Below are positions 31,486 through 41,100 of a stretch of 64,000 bases of DNA, piece after piece. The position numbers were made by a program, and so were the translations under genes. Source of the DNA: Candidatus Latescibacterota bacterium (lineage in GTDB: Bacteria; Latescibacterota; UBA2968; UBA8231); assembly GCA_965197905.1 (NCBI GenBank), contig CBDAOB010000003.1, positions 928,001 through 992,000 of the forward strand, given 5' to 3'. Below the pieces are notes generated by a model. The model worked only from the letters and a program-made list of their open reading frames with translations, did not search any database and was not told where the DNA came from. The number at the start of each line of letters is the position of its first letter. The first letter of the stretch is position 1.

Positions 31486-33471
31486 CTACCACCCGTGTAC
31501 CCGGTGCGGGGAGCTGGGAAACCAGATTAGATCTACGATGCTCGAAAGTATCACCCCTGACGCATACGCCACGCCCAATCCGAAAAAGAACGGCTTGCCT
31601 GCCAGATACGCCTTCACGCCGCCGAAGCGTAATAGCGCCAGCTTCAGCAGCCAGGCAATGAGAAAGTTGATCCACAGCCACCAGGTGGCGTGGGTCTGCT
31701 GGTAGATCAGCCCGATCGGATGGATCGGAAACCAGTGATACCGCGCCCGCAGCAATGTAATCACCGCCGCTTCCGCCATGCCAGTGAACCAGATGGCCCA
31801 GCGCGCCAGGCTTGGCTGGGTGGGATTGGTCAGGATGTAGGCGATGCCGTCGTAGAAAACTTCGGTGCGGCCGCCCACATACAGAGTGCCGCCCTCGGTG
31901 TAGCTCAATTCGATCAAGGTCGAGGCGGCCAGCACGAAACCGACGGGAAACGCTACCACAATCGTCGCCAATACCCAACGGGGTTGCCGCCGCAGCGAGA
32001 AGATGCGCAGGTGATGGGTGATGGCGGGCCAGGCAGGGATGTTGATCGAACCAAAGAAGGCGAAATTGGTGAGCACCTTGAACGGAACCAGATGTTGCGG
32101 CGAAATGTAGATCGAACCCACCAGCTCCAGGAAAAACGATTCTCCCTTCACATAAGGCCGGTTCGGGTAGAGGTACGCTACACCACTGGCTGCCACCAGT
32201 TTCACCGTGACCAGGTAGGACAGCGCCATGAATCCGATCACGCCCAGCGCCATCGGCAGGCTCACTCCCAGCCGCAGCGCCCAGACCAGCACATAAAGCG
32301 CCGACACGATCATGCCGGCCATCGCCATGCGATAACGTCCGACGGTGCTGGCGTCTCCCTTGCCGGTGCGTACCTGGCCCCACACCTCCTTGAGATGGCG
32401 GCGTGCCACCCACAGCGACCACAGAAAGAAGAAGACCATGGCGCCGTGGCTTTCGGTGTGCAGGATCATCTGGCCTTCACCGAAGCGGTTGTTGGCGTTG
32501 ACGCCGGTGAACCCCAGGCTGGGAGTGCCGAAACGGCGCATCGTGATTGACTTCGCCTGGTTTATGACGTGGAAGAGCAGCATGCTGCCGAGGATGTCCA
32601 CGGGGCAGAGATAGATCACCATCAGCATCAACGGCGTAACACGAATGAAGCTGGTTATGCGAGCGTCATCAAACTGGAAGATGTAGTAGGTCCAGAACAG
32701 GTCGAAGGAGGGCAGGCCGGGACTGAAATAGGTGAAGATGTTGTAGAGCTGGGGGAGAAAAAGGACGCCGAATCCGATCCAGAAGAGACGTTTGTAGAAG
32801 ATGTCGGGGAACCGCCGCTTGCCGTCGAAACCATCGGTAAGGTCCACTGGCAGCTGAGCGAGTGGATAGGTGAGCTTTTCGTTGCTTTCCCACTGGTGCT
32901 GAAATATCACCAGCAGGCAGTAGCCGAAAACGACCACCGCCAGGGATACTCCCAGCCAGTCGATGAGCGGTCCGATCCAACCATCCCACGGCACCGCCAT
33001 GCCCTGGGGCAGGCCGTACCAGAAATTGTCGGTAATCCGCTGGGTTGCCGGCGGGAAAGCGTGCCAGGGCACGAAGTTGAAGAAGATCTCCGCCCAACTG
33101 TTCTCGGCGGTGGCAAAATGGGTAGCGCCAGCTAGCGTAGCTACCCATGAGCTCATCCATCCAGGGATCACCGCTACCACCCAGGTCATGACGAAGACGG
33201 TAAGGAGCTCGCCCTGTCTCAACGCCAGTTTCGGAACGGTCAGCTTCAGCACCACGTTGGCGAAGATCCAAAAAACGAACGGCAGGAATGCGGTCAGGGG
33301 GTACTGGGCGACCGCACCGCGCCCGCCCGATTTTGGGGCGACGAGGGTGAAATAATAGAAGGTCGCCGCGATGGTCAGCGCGCCCAGGAGCAGTGCCCGT
33401 GGGGTGATCAACGGCGTTCGATCGCTGAGCGTGTTTTCTTCTACGGGCGAGATTGAGCTAACTTCGGACAT
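31486..33471 (-). CDS. Polytopic membrane protein, DUF6785/DUF6784-like (putative transporter)
   Basis: QWESNEKLTYPLAQLP, WFPIHPIG, LRFGG..Y...KPFFFGL; many TM segments. Confidence 0.8.
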   Translation of the reverse strand: MSEVSSISPVEENTLSDRTPLITPRALLLGALTIAATFYYFTLVAPKSGGRGAVAQYPLTAFLPFVFWIFANVVLKLTVPKLALRQGELLTVFVMTWVVAVIPGWMSSWVATLAGATHFATAENSWAEIFFNFVPWHAFPPATQRITDNFWYGLPQGMAVPWDGWIGPLIDWLGVSLAVVVFGYCLLVIFQHQWESNEKLTYPLAQLPVDLTDGFDGKRRFPDIFYKRLFWIGFGVLFLPQLYNIFTYFSPGLPSFDLFWTYYIFQFDDARITSFIRVTPLMLMVIYLCPVDILGSMLLFHVINQAKSITMRRFGTPSLGFTGVNANNRFGEGQMILHTESHGAMVFFFLWSLWVARRHLKEVWGQVRTGKGDASTVGRYRMAMAGMIVSALYVLVWALRLGVSLPMALGVIGFMALSYLVTVKLVAASGVAYLYPNRPYVKGESFFLELVGSIYISPQHLVPFKVLTNFAFFGSINIPAWPAITHHLRIFSLRRQPRWVLATIVVAFPVGFVLAASTLIELSYTEGGTLYVGGRTEVFYDGIAYILTNPTQPSLARWAIWFTGMAEAAVITLLRARYHWFPIHPIGLIYQQTHATWWLWINFLIAWLLKLALLRFGGVKAYLAGKPFFFGLGVAYASGVILSSIVDLIWFPSSPHRVHGW

Positions 33472-33514
33472 CGGGTCGTCAGATCATGGGGGTTTTGGTG
33501 CCGTATAGACGCCG

Positions 33515-35248
33515 TTATTGACACGACACTGAATAGAGCTGTGCCTTGCCCGTCAGCTTGATCCGCAGGCGGATCGGGTGTCCGCCGGCGATCTCTCCTA
33601 ATCGGCGTCCGCGCCAGGTAACCGTAGCGCGGATCTGGTCGCCACCAAAACCATCGAAGCTGCCGACGTCGCCGCCTTCCAATATTTTCAGGCTCTCCCC
33701 ATCCAACACCTCCACCTCCAGGCCGCCACCACCGGCGTCGGCATTGACGACCAGTTGAAGTCCTTCCACCATCAGCGGAGGTGTGGTAAACTCCCCACTC
33801 GTCGTTTCCGCTTCTAAGGAGACGAACCCGTCGAGGCGGAGCTTTGCCAGACATAGCGCCGAGCTGGCTTTGAAGTACGGCTTGTATTCCTCCGGGAACA
33901 CCTCCTCGCAGCCGCGGAACCGGGAGGCCATGTGGTAGATCCAGATCTCGTCGTCGCGCACGATAGGAGCACTGCAGACGGCGACCTGGTTCGTGCCCCA
34001 ATTCTTGCCATCCCACGGTTCGATCTCCAGAAAGAGCTCTCGATCGCACAGCCGCCGCCAGTTTTTCAGATTGCGGCTAGCCGCCAGCTCCACCTGGTTC
34101 AAGCCGGTGTAGTTCATATGGGGTGGCGGAATAGCGCCGGCAGGATTGAACATTAGCACAAACCCGATGTACTGGCCTTCGTACGGAAACACTGCCATGT
34201 GATAGGTCTCGGCGATGTAGTCGATCTCATCCACCAAAGGCGAGCTGAGCAAGTTGGGATCCTCCAGTGCGCGCCGGATGCGCGGCAGGCGATTGTCCCA
34301 GTCGATCTGGTCAGCGTGCAGCACGCATCCATGGTCTTCCCAGGTTTCGAAATCCTCGCTTGTGAGCAGCCAGACCGAGCGGCCCCATACGGTGCTCCGT
34401 TTCATGGTGGAGACGAACTGCTCGCCGTACGGATCGTAGCAGAAGTGGGATTCGTCGCTGCTTTTGATCTCTTCGATCCCGTGGGTGGGATCCTCCAGTG
34501 CGCGCCGGATGCGCGGCAGGCGATTGTCCCAGTCGATCTGGTCAGCGTGCAGCACGCATCCATGGTCTTCCCAGGTTTCGAAATCCTCGCTTGTGAGCAG
34601 CCAGACCGAGCGGCCCCATACGGTGCTCCGTTTCATGGTGGAGACGAACTGCTCGCCGTACGGATCGTAGCAGAAGTGGGATTCGTCGCTGCTTTTGATC
34701 TCTTCGATCCCGTGGGTGTCCCACTGGATGCCGTCGGCTGACATAGCCGGCTGACGATTCTCATTCTTTAACAGCGCTTTATAGCGGCGCTGGGGATCCG
34801 GGTCGCGTTCGTCGCGGACCATGTGATACAGCGCCCGTCCGGGAAGCTTGGGATCCATGATGATGTTGTTCTGTTTGCTTCCCTGCCATTCGTACAACCC
34901 AAGATTGGGGTGCTCCCAATTCACGCCATCATCTGATACGGCATAGTGGGTGAGGGAGATGGAGGTGGAGGCGTACTTGCCGTACGGTTCGCAGCTCCAG
35001 CTGCCCCAGTACCACCATTCCCAGAGCTTCTTGTCCGAGTTCCATTGGGGGGCGCTGCGGCTCTGCAACGCCACCTGACCTGCCCCGGAGTCTGGAATCA
35101 TCACCGGCCCGCTGCGCTCGGGTTGGTGCAGGCGCCGCCTCAGTCCACGGCTCTCGGCGATCAGGCAGTCGTCCAGAAATAGCTGGCGGCGCGTGTTTAA
35201 CGGTATCGCATCCGCCTTGGTGGTGAAGATGGAACGGTCGAGGGCCAT
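33515..35248 (-). CDS. Uncharacterised glycosidase-like beta-propeller protein (paralog 4) with internal duplication
   Basis: RQLFLDD, SDDGVNW, LRLDGFVSL, LYS; a 77-aa segment occurs twice. Confidence 0.78.
   Translation of the reverse strand: MALDRSIFTTKADAIPLNTRRQLFLDDCLIAESRGLRRRLHQPERSGPVMIPDSGAGQVALQSRSAPQWNSDKKLWEWWYWGSWSCEPYGKYASTSISLTHYAVSDDGVNWEHPNLGLYEWQGSKQNNIIMDPKLPGRALYHMVRDERDPDPQRRYKALLKNENRQPAMSADGIQWDTHGIEEIKSSDESHFCYDPYGEQFVSTMKRSTVWGRSVWLLTSEDFETWEDHGCVLHADQIDWDNRLPRIRRALEDPTHGIEEIKSSDESHFCYDPYGEQFVSTMKRSTVWGRSVWLLTSEDFETWEDHGCVLHADQIDWDNRLPRIRRALEDPNLLSSPLVDEIDYIAETYHMAVFPYEGQYIGFVLMFNPAGAIPPPHMNYTGLNQVELAASRNLKNWRRLCDRELFLEIEPWDGKNWGTNQVAVCSAPIVRDDEIWIYHMASRFRGCEEVFPEEYKPYFKASSALCLAKLRLDGFVSLEAETTSGEFTTPPLMVEGLQLVVNADAGGGGLEVEVLDGESLKILEGGDVGSFDGFGGDQIRATVTWRGRRLGEIAGGHPIRLRIKLTGKAQLYSVSCQ
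34255..34718. repeat. Exact tandem duplication, 231-bp unit x2
   Basis: GGGATCCTCCAGTGCG... begins at 34256 and again at 34487; identity runs to 34718. Confidence 0.95.
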
Positions 35249-35260
35249 TGAGGAAGCCTT

Positions 35261-36265
35261 TCAGTTGGTGCGAACCGCATCCAGCAGCGCCTTGATATAA
35301 CCCATGGCGAACGCGCGGGAACGGTGCTGGTGGGGGTCGTCTTGAGAGATATGCGGCACGTGGTCGTCGATGAACGGGACGTCGACGCCGGCTTCGTTGT
35401 AGAGCCGCATCGCTTTCGCCATGTCTACGTACCCTTCGTCGATAAAGGTCTCGACGAAGTCGGGAACGGGTGCAGATACATTGCGGAAGTGCACATAGAG
35501 AATCTTTCCCTGCCGACCGAAGTATGAGATGGCTTCGTAGATATCCTCGTCCATCTCCGGGATGGTGCCCTGGCAGAAGTCGAGACCGTGATGAGCGCTG
35601 GGAACCAGCTCGAGAATTCGGCGGAGACCGGCCTGGCTACTGGCCAAACGGGGCAGACCGTAAAGGGATGGCACCGGCGGATCGTCCGGGTGGAGCGCCA
35701 TTTTGACGCCCTCCGCTTCGGCAACCGGCAGGACCGCCTTCAGGAACTCCTCCACGTTCTCAAGCATCTGTGCCTCGCTCAATGCCTCCCTGGTTTCAGG
35801 CCAGGTGGCGCGGGCGTCGTCGGTGGCATCCTCCAGTCGATCCTCCGTGTATTCGGTAGAGCTGGCGCCGCCGCGGATCGCCGCCGCCATGTCGGTGCGC
35901 GTGCTGTAACGGCCAGAGGAACCTTCCATCAGGCAGAAACCCAGTACCGGAATGCCAGCTCGACCCATGCTCCGCAGCGTATCCTTCCAGTGCTCGATCT
36001 GATTTTGCTGCTGTGGACCGCCGTAGAAGATGTCGCCGTACCATGAGAAAGGGAGATTCTCGATGGCGTGCAGTTTCATGCCGGCTGCCTCGATGCGCTC
36101 GCGCATGGAACTCAGCTCGTTCTCCTCCAAGAAGAGAGGTCCATCTCCGGAGCGCAGACTTATCACGGCGCCGCCACCGCTGATCACATCGGTGCAGGCC
36201 AGCTGACGGCCAAAGGTGAGCAGCTCATCCGAAAGATCCTTGCGGCAATCAAGTCCCAGTCTCAT
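35261..36265 (-). CDS. uxuA: Mannonate dehydratase family
   Basis: MALHPDDPP, GLDFCQGT, YVHFRNV, ETFIDEG, DDHVP, FAMGYIKAL. Confidence 0.85.
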   Translation of the reverse strand: MRLGLDCRKDLSDELLTFGRQLACTDVISGGGAVISLRSGDGPLFLEENELSSMRERIEAAGMKLHAIENLPFSWYGDIFYGGPQQQNQIEHWKDTLRSMGRAGIPVLGFCLMEGSSGRYSTRTDMAAAIRGGASSTEYTEDRLEDATDDARATWPETREALSEAQMLENVEEFLKAVLPVAEAEGVKMALHPDDPPVPSLYGLPRLASSQAGLRRILELVPSAHHGLDFCQGTIPEMDEDIYEAISYFGRQGKILYVHFRNVSAPVPDFVETFIDEGYVDMAKAMRLYNEAGVDVPFIDDHVPHISQDDPHQHRSRAFAMGYIKALLDAVRTN

Positions 36266-36737
36266 GACTCCCTTTCCGCTTCAAAACGATAAAACGGCCA
36301 TTGAAGATGGCCGCCTCTTCCGCGTCCGAAGATATCCTCGCTTCCAAATCCAGCTCGGCTCGCTCATCCCGAGACACGGCTTCCAGAAATGCGTCACGGG
36401 ATCGGTTGTCCTTCACGGTAGAGGTGGCGGTGAATTCGTGACGGACGGGTTTCAGGTATTTGATCTCGCCACGACCTATCAGCAGTGTGGCGTCGGGGTG
36501 GGTCCGATCGAGCCAGCCGTGCGCGAGACCCCAGCCGGCGAGGGCTCCCAATGAGTAGAGACTACCGGCAAAGCCAGTTTGGTGAACGTTGCGATTGGGC
36601 GTAATTGGGGCCCGCAGCACCACCTCATCCGCGGTGTAGGAGTCGACGATCACCTTCATGGCGACGGCCATGGGAAAATGTGTATGCAGGAGCTGCTGGA
36701 AGGAATCAGCCGCTGCTTTTGCCTCTTGACCAGTCAT
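36249..36737 (-). CDS. Hotdog-fold thioesterase (YiiD C-terminal-like)
   Basis: APITPNRNVHQTGFAGSLYS...GWG, IKYLKPV. Confidence 0.85.
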   Translation of the reverse strand: MTGQEAKAAADSFQQLLHTHFPMAVAMKVIVDSYTADEVVLRAPITPNRNVHQTGFAGSLYSLGALAGWGLAHGWLDRTHPDATLLIGRGEIKYLKPVRHEFTATSTVKDNRSRDAFLEAVSRDERAELDLEARISSDAEEAAIFNGRFIVLKRKGSHETGT

Positions 36738-36869
36738 GAGCGGCGAGTAACGTACGAATTTTCGCGTGTCTCGTCGTCACAAAGAAGATTCCGTGCGAAT
36801 CGAGAATAGATAGGTTGCCGCGTAACGTATTGCTATCTTGATGTTCCAAATCCAACGCGGAAGGTAATC

Positions 36870-37586
36870 ATGAATGACGCAGCTTTCTCTAAGAGCGAAG
36901 CTTTTCGCTTTGGCTGGGAGACCGCCAAAGGCAACATTGGCTTTTTCATCTGGGTAATCTTAGCTGGCTACGTATTACCGACAGCAATCAACGTCGCTGC
37001 CAGTGGTCTATTCGAACGTCATCCCTTCTTTGGTGCGGTCCTCTGGCTCGCAAGCACCTTGCTGAGCTGTATCTTGATAGTGGGCATACTTAGAATCGGC
37101 TTGAAATTTACCGATGGCGAACAGCCGGTCTTCGGCGATCTATTCTCCTGCTTTCCGTTAATCTTCAAATGGATACTCGCATACATCGTTTTCAGCTTGA
37201 TCGTAATCGTAGGGCTTATTCTGCTTGTCGTTCCCGGTGTCATCTGGACGATCAAATACGGGTTTTTCAGTTTCTTCATAATCGATCGCGAGGATATAGG
37301 ACCTATCGAAGCCCTCAAAGAGAGCGCCCGGATTACTCAGGAGTCCAAGGGTAATCTTTTCCTTTTCGGACTAATCGCCTACGGCGTAATAGTTCTCGGT
37401 GTAATTTGTCTGTTCATCGGTTTATTCTGGGCTGTTCCCACCGTGTTCGTGGCACTCACCTTCGTGTATCGCAAGTTGATGGCACATGCCGATGGCTCGG
37501 AGCCGGTTGCACCGCCGAGCGACCCCAGGCCTGGCGCGCAAGGTGATTCCTCTTTGCCACCAGGTTCGGAGGGTTCCTCCTCATGA
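36870..37586 (+). CDS. Integral membrane protein (DUF975-like)
   Basis: GLILLVVPGV, GPIEALKESARIT, several TM helices. Confidence 0.8.
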   Translation: MNDAAFSKSEAFRFGWETAKGNIGFFIWVILAGYVLPTAINVAASGLFERHPFFGAVLWLASTLLSCILIVGILRIGLKFTDGEQPVFGDLFSCFPLIFKWILAYIVFSLIVIVGLILLVVPGVIWTIKYGFFSFFIIDREDIGPIEALKESARITQESKGNLFLFGLIAYGVIVLGVICLFIGLFWAVPTVFVALTFVYRKLMAHADGSEPVAPPSDPRPGAQGDSSLPPGSEGSSS

Positions 37587-37697
37587 GCTCGATAGGCAAA
37601 ATCCACGCTCCCAAACCGAACAGTAGGATCGGAAACGGGACGTGCCGACTGTTCGATATCTGCGGTCAATCCCCAGGTGTCCGTGCTGGAGCTTGCT

Positions 37698-38468
37698 ATG
37701 AACATCTCAGAATTCTCGGTGGAAGCGACCGGCCGCGAAGTGATCTTTCGTATGGGTTCACCGGACGAGGAGGCCACAGTGCGGGAGCCGGGTCTCGTGA
37801 TGTTCCTGGCTGGCACGCGCGACGACGCCTTCGCAGATCCTGAAGGCAACGGCATGGCGGCGCATATGTTCGTTGCCGCCGGCCATTTCGCCGCAAGCAT
37901 CGACCTGCCTGGCTTCGGCGATGAAGTAGATGACTACGGAAGCGGTATCCGCGCGATGTGTGCCGCCTTCATTGGTGGCGATGATCCATTTTCACGAGTG
38001 GTCTCTCAGGTGCAGGCGGTGATCGGCGTATGCCGTCAACGATTTCTAGGAGACGCGGGAAGAATCGTTACTCTGGGCATTTCCCGTGGGGCGTATTACG
38101 CGCTGAGGTTGACCGCTGAAGACCACAGCATTGCCGGCGTTGCCGGCATCGCGCCGGTTACCGACTGGAGGATCCTGCAGGAATTCGCCGAGGTGAGCCA
38201 ACAGACCGACGTGGCTGCTCTGGCGCTGACGAATTGGGCGGCAACTCTGGCGGGTCGGGCGGTCTACCTGGCCATCGGCAATCACGATCACCGGGTCGGA
38301 ACGCACACCTGCGTGAACCTGGCCCATGCGATACTCGCATCCGAGGATCCCGAGGCGGAGGGCGAGTCGAAGCTGAACCTTCACGTAGTGGATTCGCCGG
38401 GGCATGCTCTGGAGAAAAGCTGGCGCGAGAAAGGGGTGCGATTTCTGCTCGGAGCGGTCAGTGCCTGA
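37698..38468 (+). CDS. Alpha/beta hydrolase
   Basis: IDLPGFG, nucleophile GISRG, DHRV, GHAL. Confidence 0.8.
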   Translation: MNISEFSVEATGREVIFRMGSPDEEATVREPGLVMFLAGTRDDAFADPEGNGMAAHMFVAAGHFAASIDLPGFGDEVDDYGSGIRAMCAAFIGGDDPFSRVVSQVQAVIGVCRQRFLGDAGRIVTLGISRGAYYALRLTAEDHSIAGVAGIAPVTDWRILQEFAEVSQQTDVAALALTNWAATLAGRAVYLAIGNHDHRVGTHTCVNLAHAILASEDPEAEGESKLNLHVVDSPGHALEKSWREKGVRFLLGAVSA

Positions 38469-38690
38469 TCGAATCGTTTTCTGAATATATGGATGGCGTG
38501 GGAGGCTTATGTGGTTGTCATTCGCATGTTTTGCAGATAGTACCAATCAAGAGCGTCTCGAAGCGAGAAAGGCAAACGAGGTGAACAGTGGGGAGACAGG
38601 AAGTCCGCCTATAGCTGCCAATGCGTATGACTTTGCCACGAGAGCGTGTATCCGTAGCTTCTCTCAACTCATAACCCAGGAGGATTCTTT

Positions 38691-39209
38691 ATGATTTTCA
38701 AACTCAAACCGCTGTTGCTTCTTGCCGTAGCCTTGATTCTCGGAACTACCGCGCGCGCCGATGCAGGACCCTTTCAGCTAGCGCTATTCGATCCAATCCA
38801 GGTAGTCTCTTCTGACGAATCCGTGAGCGGGTTGAGAATCGGATTGATCTACACCGTGAACGAAAATGTCAGCGGTTTGGATTGGGGTTTGGTGACCAAG
38901 ACCACCGGAGACCAGGTCGGCATTCAAATTGGGGCCATCCATCTGGTTGATGGGAACTTCAACGGACTTCAGGAAGGTCTGTACAATCGGGTGAGTGGAG
39001 ATTTCGTGGGGTGGCAGAACGGGTTCATAAATATCACCCATGGCAGCGCCTCCGGACTCCACAACCGGTCTGGAGCGTTCCACGGTCTCCAATTCGGTGC
39101 CTGGCACTCGGCTGAAAGTCTCGACGGCGGCCTGCAGATTGGCATCCTCAACTTCAACAAAAGCGGAGAGCCGATCGGGTTCCTACCTATCATCAATTTT
39201 GGCTTCTAG
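38691..39209 (+). CDS. Secreted surface repeat protein (LA_2272/VC2662-like)
   Basis: Signal peptide; G-x-Q-x-G repeats; C-terminal FLPIINFGF; RBS AGGAGG. Confidence 0.8.
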   Translation: MIFKLKPLLLLAVALILGTTARADAGPFQLALFDPIQVVSSDESVSGLRIGLIYTVNENVSGLDWGLVTKTTGDQVGIQIGAIHLVDGNFNGLQEGLYNRVSGDFVGWQNGFINITHGSASGLHNRSGAFHGLQFGAWHSAESLDGGLQIGILNFNKSGEPIGFLPIINFGF

Positions 39210-39437
39210 GCTTCTAAAGGAATTCGCAGCTCAGCGCCTGGAACGCGCAACCTGCAGCGCTGAAAATCGAGCGCTGCTGAGAATTTAGCAGTCTCGCGCT
39301 ACCGGATCAGCAGCGAAGCGTTGGAGGCGTTTGCGCCTCCAACCGCGACCGGACTGGCAAGGGTGCTGGTTCGGTCGCATTTTTTTTGTCTTGTACACAG
39401 GGGCATGGACCATGCCGGACTAAACTCGCTCTTTGCT

Positions 39438-40382
39438 ATGCGATTCGACCCCCTCCAGGCGATACACTACCACCAGAAGGATCCCGGAGTCAACTGGTCC
39501 AAAGACGCGCTTATCGCCATCGATCTGGACCGTGGGCTCGATTCCACCAAGATCCTCACCCCCAATGTCGTCCACGTGGAGGGCGGTTACCGGATGTACT
39601 ACACCGGGAACGGCCCGGCGCGGGCAGGCACCAACGGATACATCCTCAGCGCCTATTCCCCCGACGCGGAGACCTGGACCAAGGACGAGGGCATCAGAGT
39701 CGACGTTTGCGAGCCTCACGGCTCATTGCGGACCCTGTGTCCCGATGTGATTCCCCTCGCCCACGGCGGCTACTGCATGTATTTCGAAGCACGCACGGCG
39801 GACCGCCCAACAGTTATCCTGAGCGCCCTGTCAGCTGACGGACTCCAGTGGGAGGTTGAGCCGGGTGTGCGCTTCGGGGACGACCAGTGGTCCTATGGCA
39901 GTCCGCGGTGTATCTATATCAACGCTTCTGCCTATCGCCTCTACTTCCACCGCTACACTTATCCCCTTAAATCGGGCCTCGCCGCCGGCAACCTGATCAT
40001 CAGCGCCGTGTCGACCGACGGCCTCGACTTCGAAGAAGAACCCGGTACTCGTATCGCCCAGGAGACCGACCGCGAAACCTATTCGGTGTACGCGCCTGAG
40101 GTCCTGCGTCTGGGCGATTTTTCCTATCGTATGTACTACGCCGCGTGGACGGAGAATATCGCCGGCGGAGTCTTTGCGGCCACTTCAAACGACGGCCTGA
40201 TATGGCTAAAGGAAACGCAAGTTTGCGTCGATCTCGATAGTCCCCTGGATTGCAACATGGTTTCCGAGCCCTGTGTCATCGAGCTTGCCGACGGGCGCTC
40301 GCGAATGTTCTACGAGGCCAGTGACGCCGAGGGGAGGTGCCGGATTCTTTCCGCCACTTCGGTCTCGAGCGACCCGGGTTAG
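39438..40382 (+). CDS. Beta-propeller glycosyl hydrolase-like protein
   Basis: Repeated blades P..V....GYRMYY...I.SA.S.DG..W/F...G.R; start uncertain. Confidence 0.75.
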   Translation: MRFDPLQAIHYHQKDPGVNWSKDALIAIDLDRGLDSTKILTPNVVHVEGGYRMYYTGNGPARAGTNGYILSAYSPDAETWTKDEGIRVDVCEPHGSLRTLCPDVIPLAHGGYCMYFEARTADRPTVILSALSADGLQWEVEPGVRFGDDQWSYGSPRCIYINASAYRLYFHRYTYPLKSGLAAGNLIISAVSTDGLDFEEEPGTRIAQETDRETYSVYAPEVLRLGDFSYRMYYAAWTENIAGGVFAATSNDGLIWLKETQVCVDLDSPLDCNMVSEPCVIELADGRSRMFYEASDAEGRCRILSATSVSSDPG

Positions 40383-40521
40383 TTCGGGTACAGCTCGTAT
40401 GGAGAAAGATCGCGAAATTTGATATGATACACGCTGACGATTCGCGAGCCTCACTGCTGCTGGCGGTGGGAAACACAGCTCGAAGCGCCCCTTTGTATCT
40501 TCTTCCCTGATTTGGATGGAG

Positions 40522-41049
40522 ATGGCCCGAATACTTCAAATCGCGCTGCTGGGGCACCCGGTGCTCAGGGAGCGCGCAACAGCAGTCGACGACATTCTCT
40601 CTGTGGAGGTCCAGGATCTCGTTGATGACTTGATTGCGACCGTCGTCGACGCGGAAGCCGCGGGTATCGCGGCGCCGCAGGTGTATCTCAGCAAACGCGT
40701 GTTCATCGTCTCCTCGACGCCCAGCGAGCGATTTCCAAGCCGGCCCAAGATGGTCCCGACTCCGGTGATCAACCCGGAGATAACCTGGATGTCGGATGAG
40801 AAGGCTATCTTCTGGGAAGGTTGCCTGAGTGTCCCCGGAGTCCGGTGTCTGGTGCCACGCGCAACCTCCATCCGCATCGCCTACACCACTCGTGCAGGTG
40901 AACAGGTGGAGCGTGAATATTCGGACTACGTCGCCAGAGTCTTCCAGCACGAGTACGATCACCTCGAAGGAACCATCTTCTTCGACCGCATCGAGAACAA
41001 CCGCGACATTATTATGGAGAAGGAGTTTCTCAAGCTACCGCTGAGTTGA
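40522..41049 (+). CDS. def: Peptide deformylase
   Basis: GIAAPQV, EGCLSV, QHEYDHLEG. Confidence 0.95.
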   Translation: MARILQIALLGHPVLRERATAVDDILSVEVQDLVDDLIATVVDAEAAGIAAPQVYLSKRVFIVSSTPSERFPSRPKMVPTPVINPEITWMSDEKAIFWEGCLSVPGVRCLVPRATSIRIAYTTRAGEQVEREYSDYVARVFQHEYDHLEGTIFFDRIENNRDIIMEKEFLKLPLS

Positions 41050-41100
41050 GACAGTTTCCCGAGCCCCACGACTCCCAGTTGATATTCTGGATGAACAAAC

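Noticed and set aside
34255..34718. Repeat as CRISPR array or mobile element
   Set aside because: Two contiguous 231-bp coding copies with no spacers, cas genes or terminal repeats
39320..39343. 10-bp hairpin GTTGGAGGCG/CGCCTCCAAC as a REP element
   Set aside because: Only one copy noticed in the window and no adjacent U-tract
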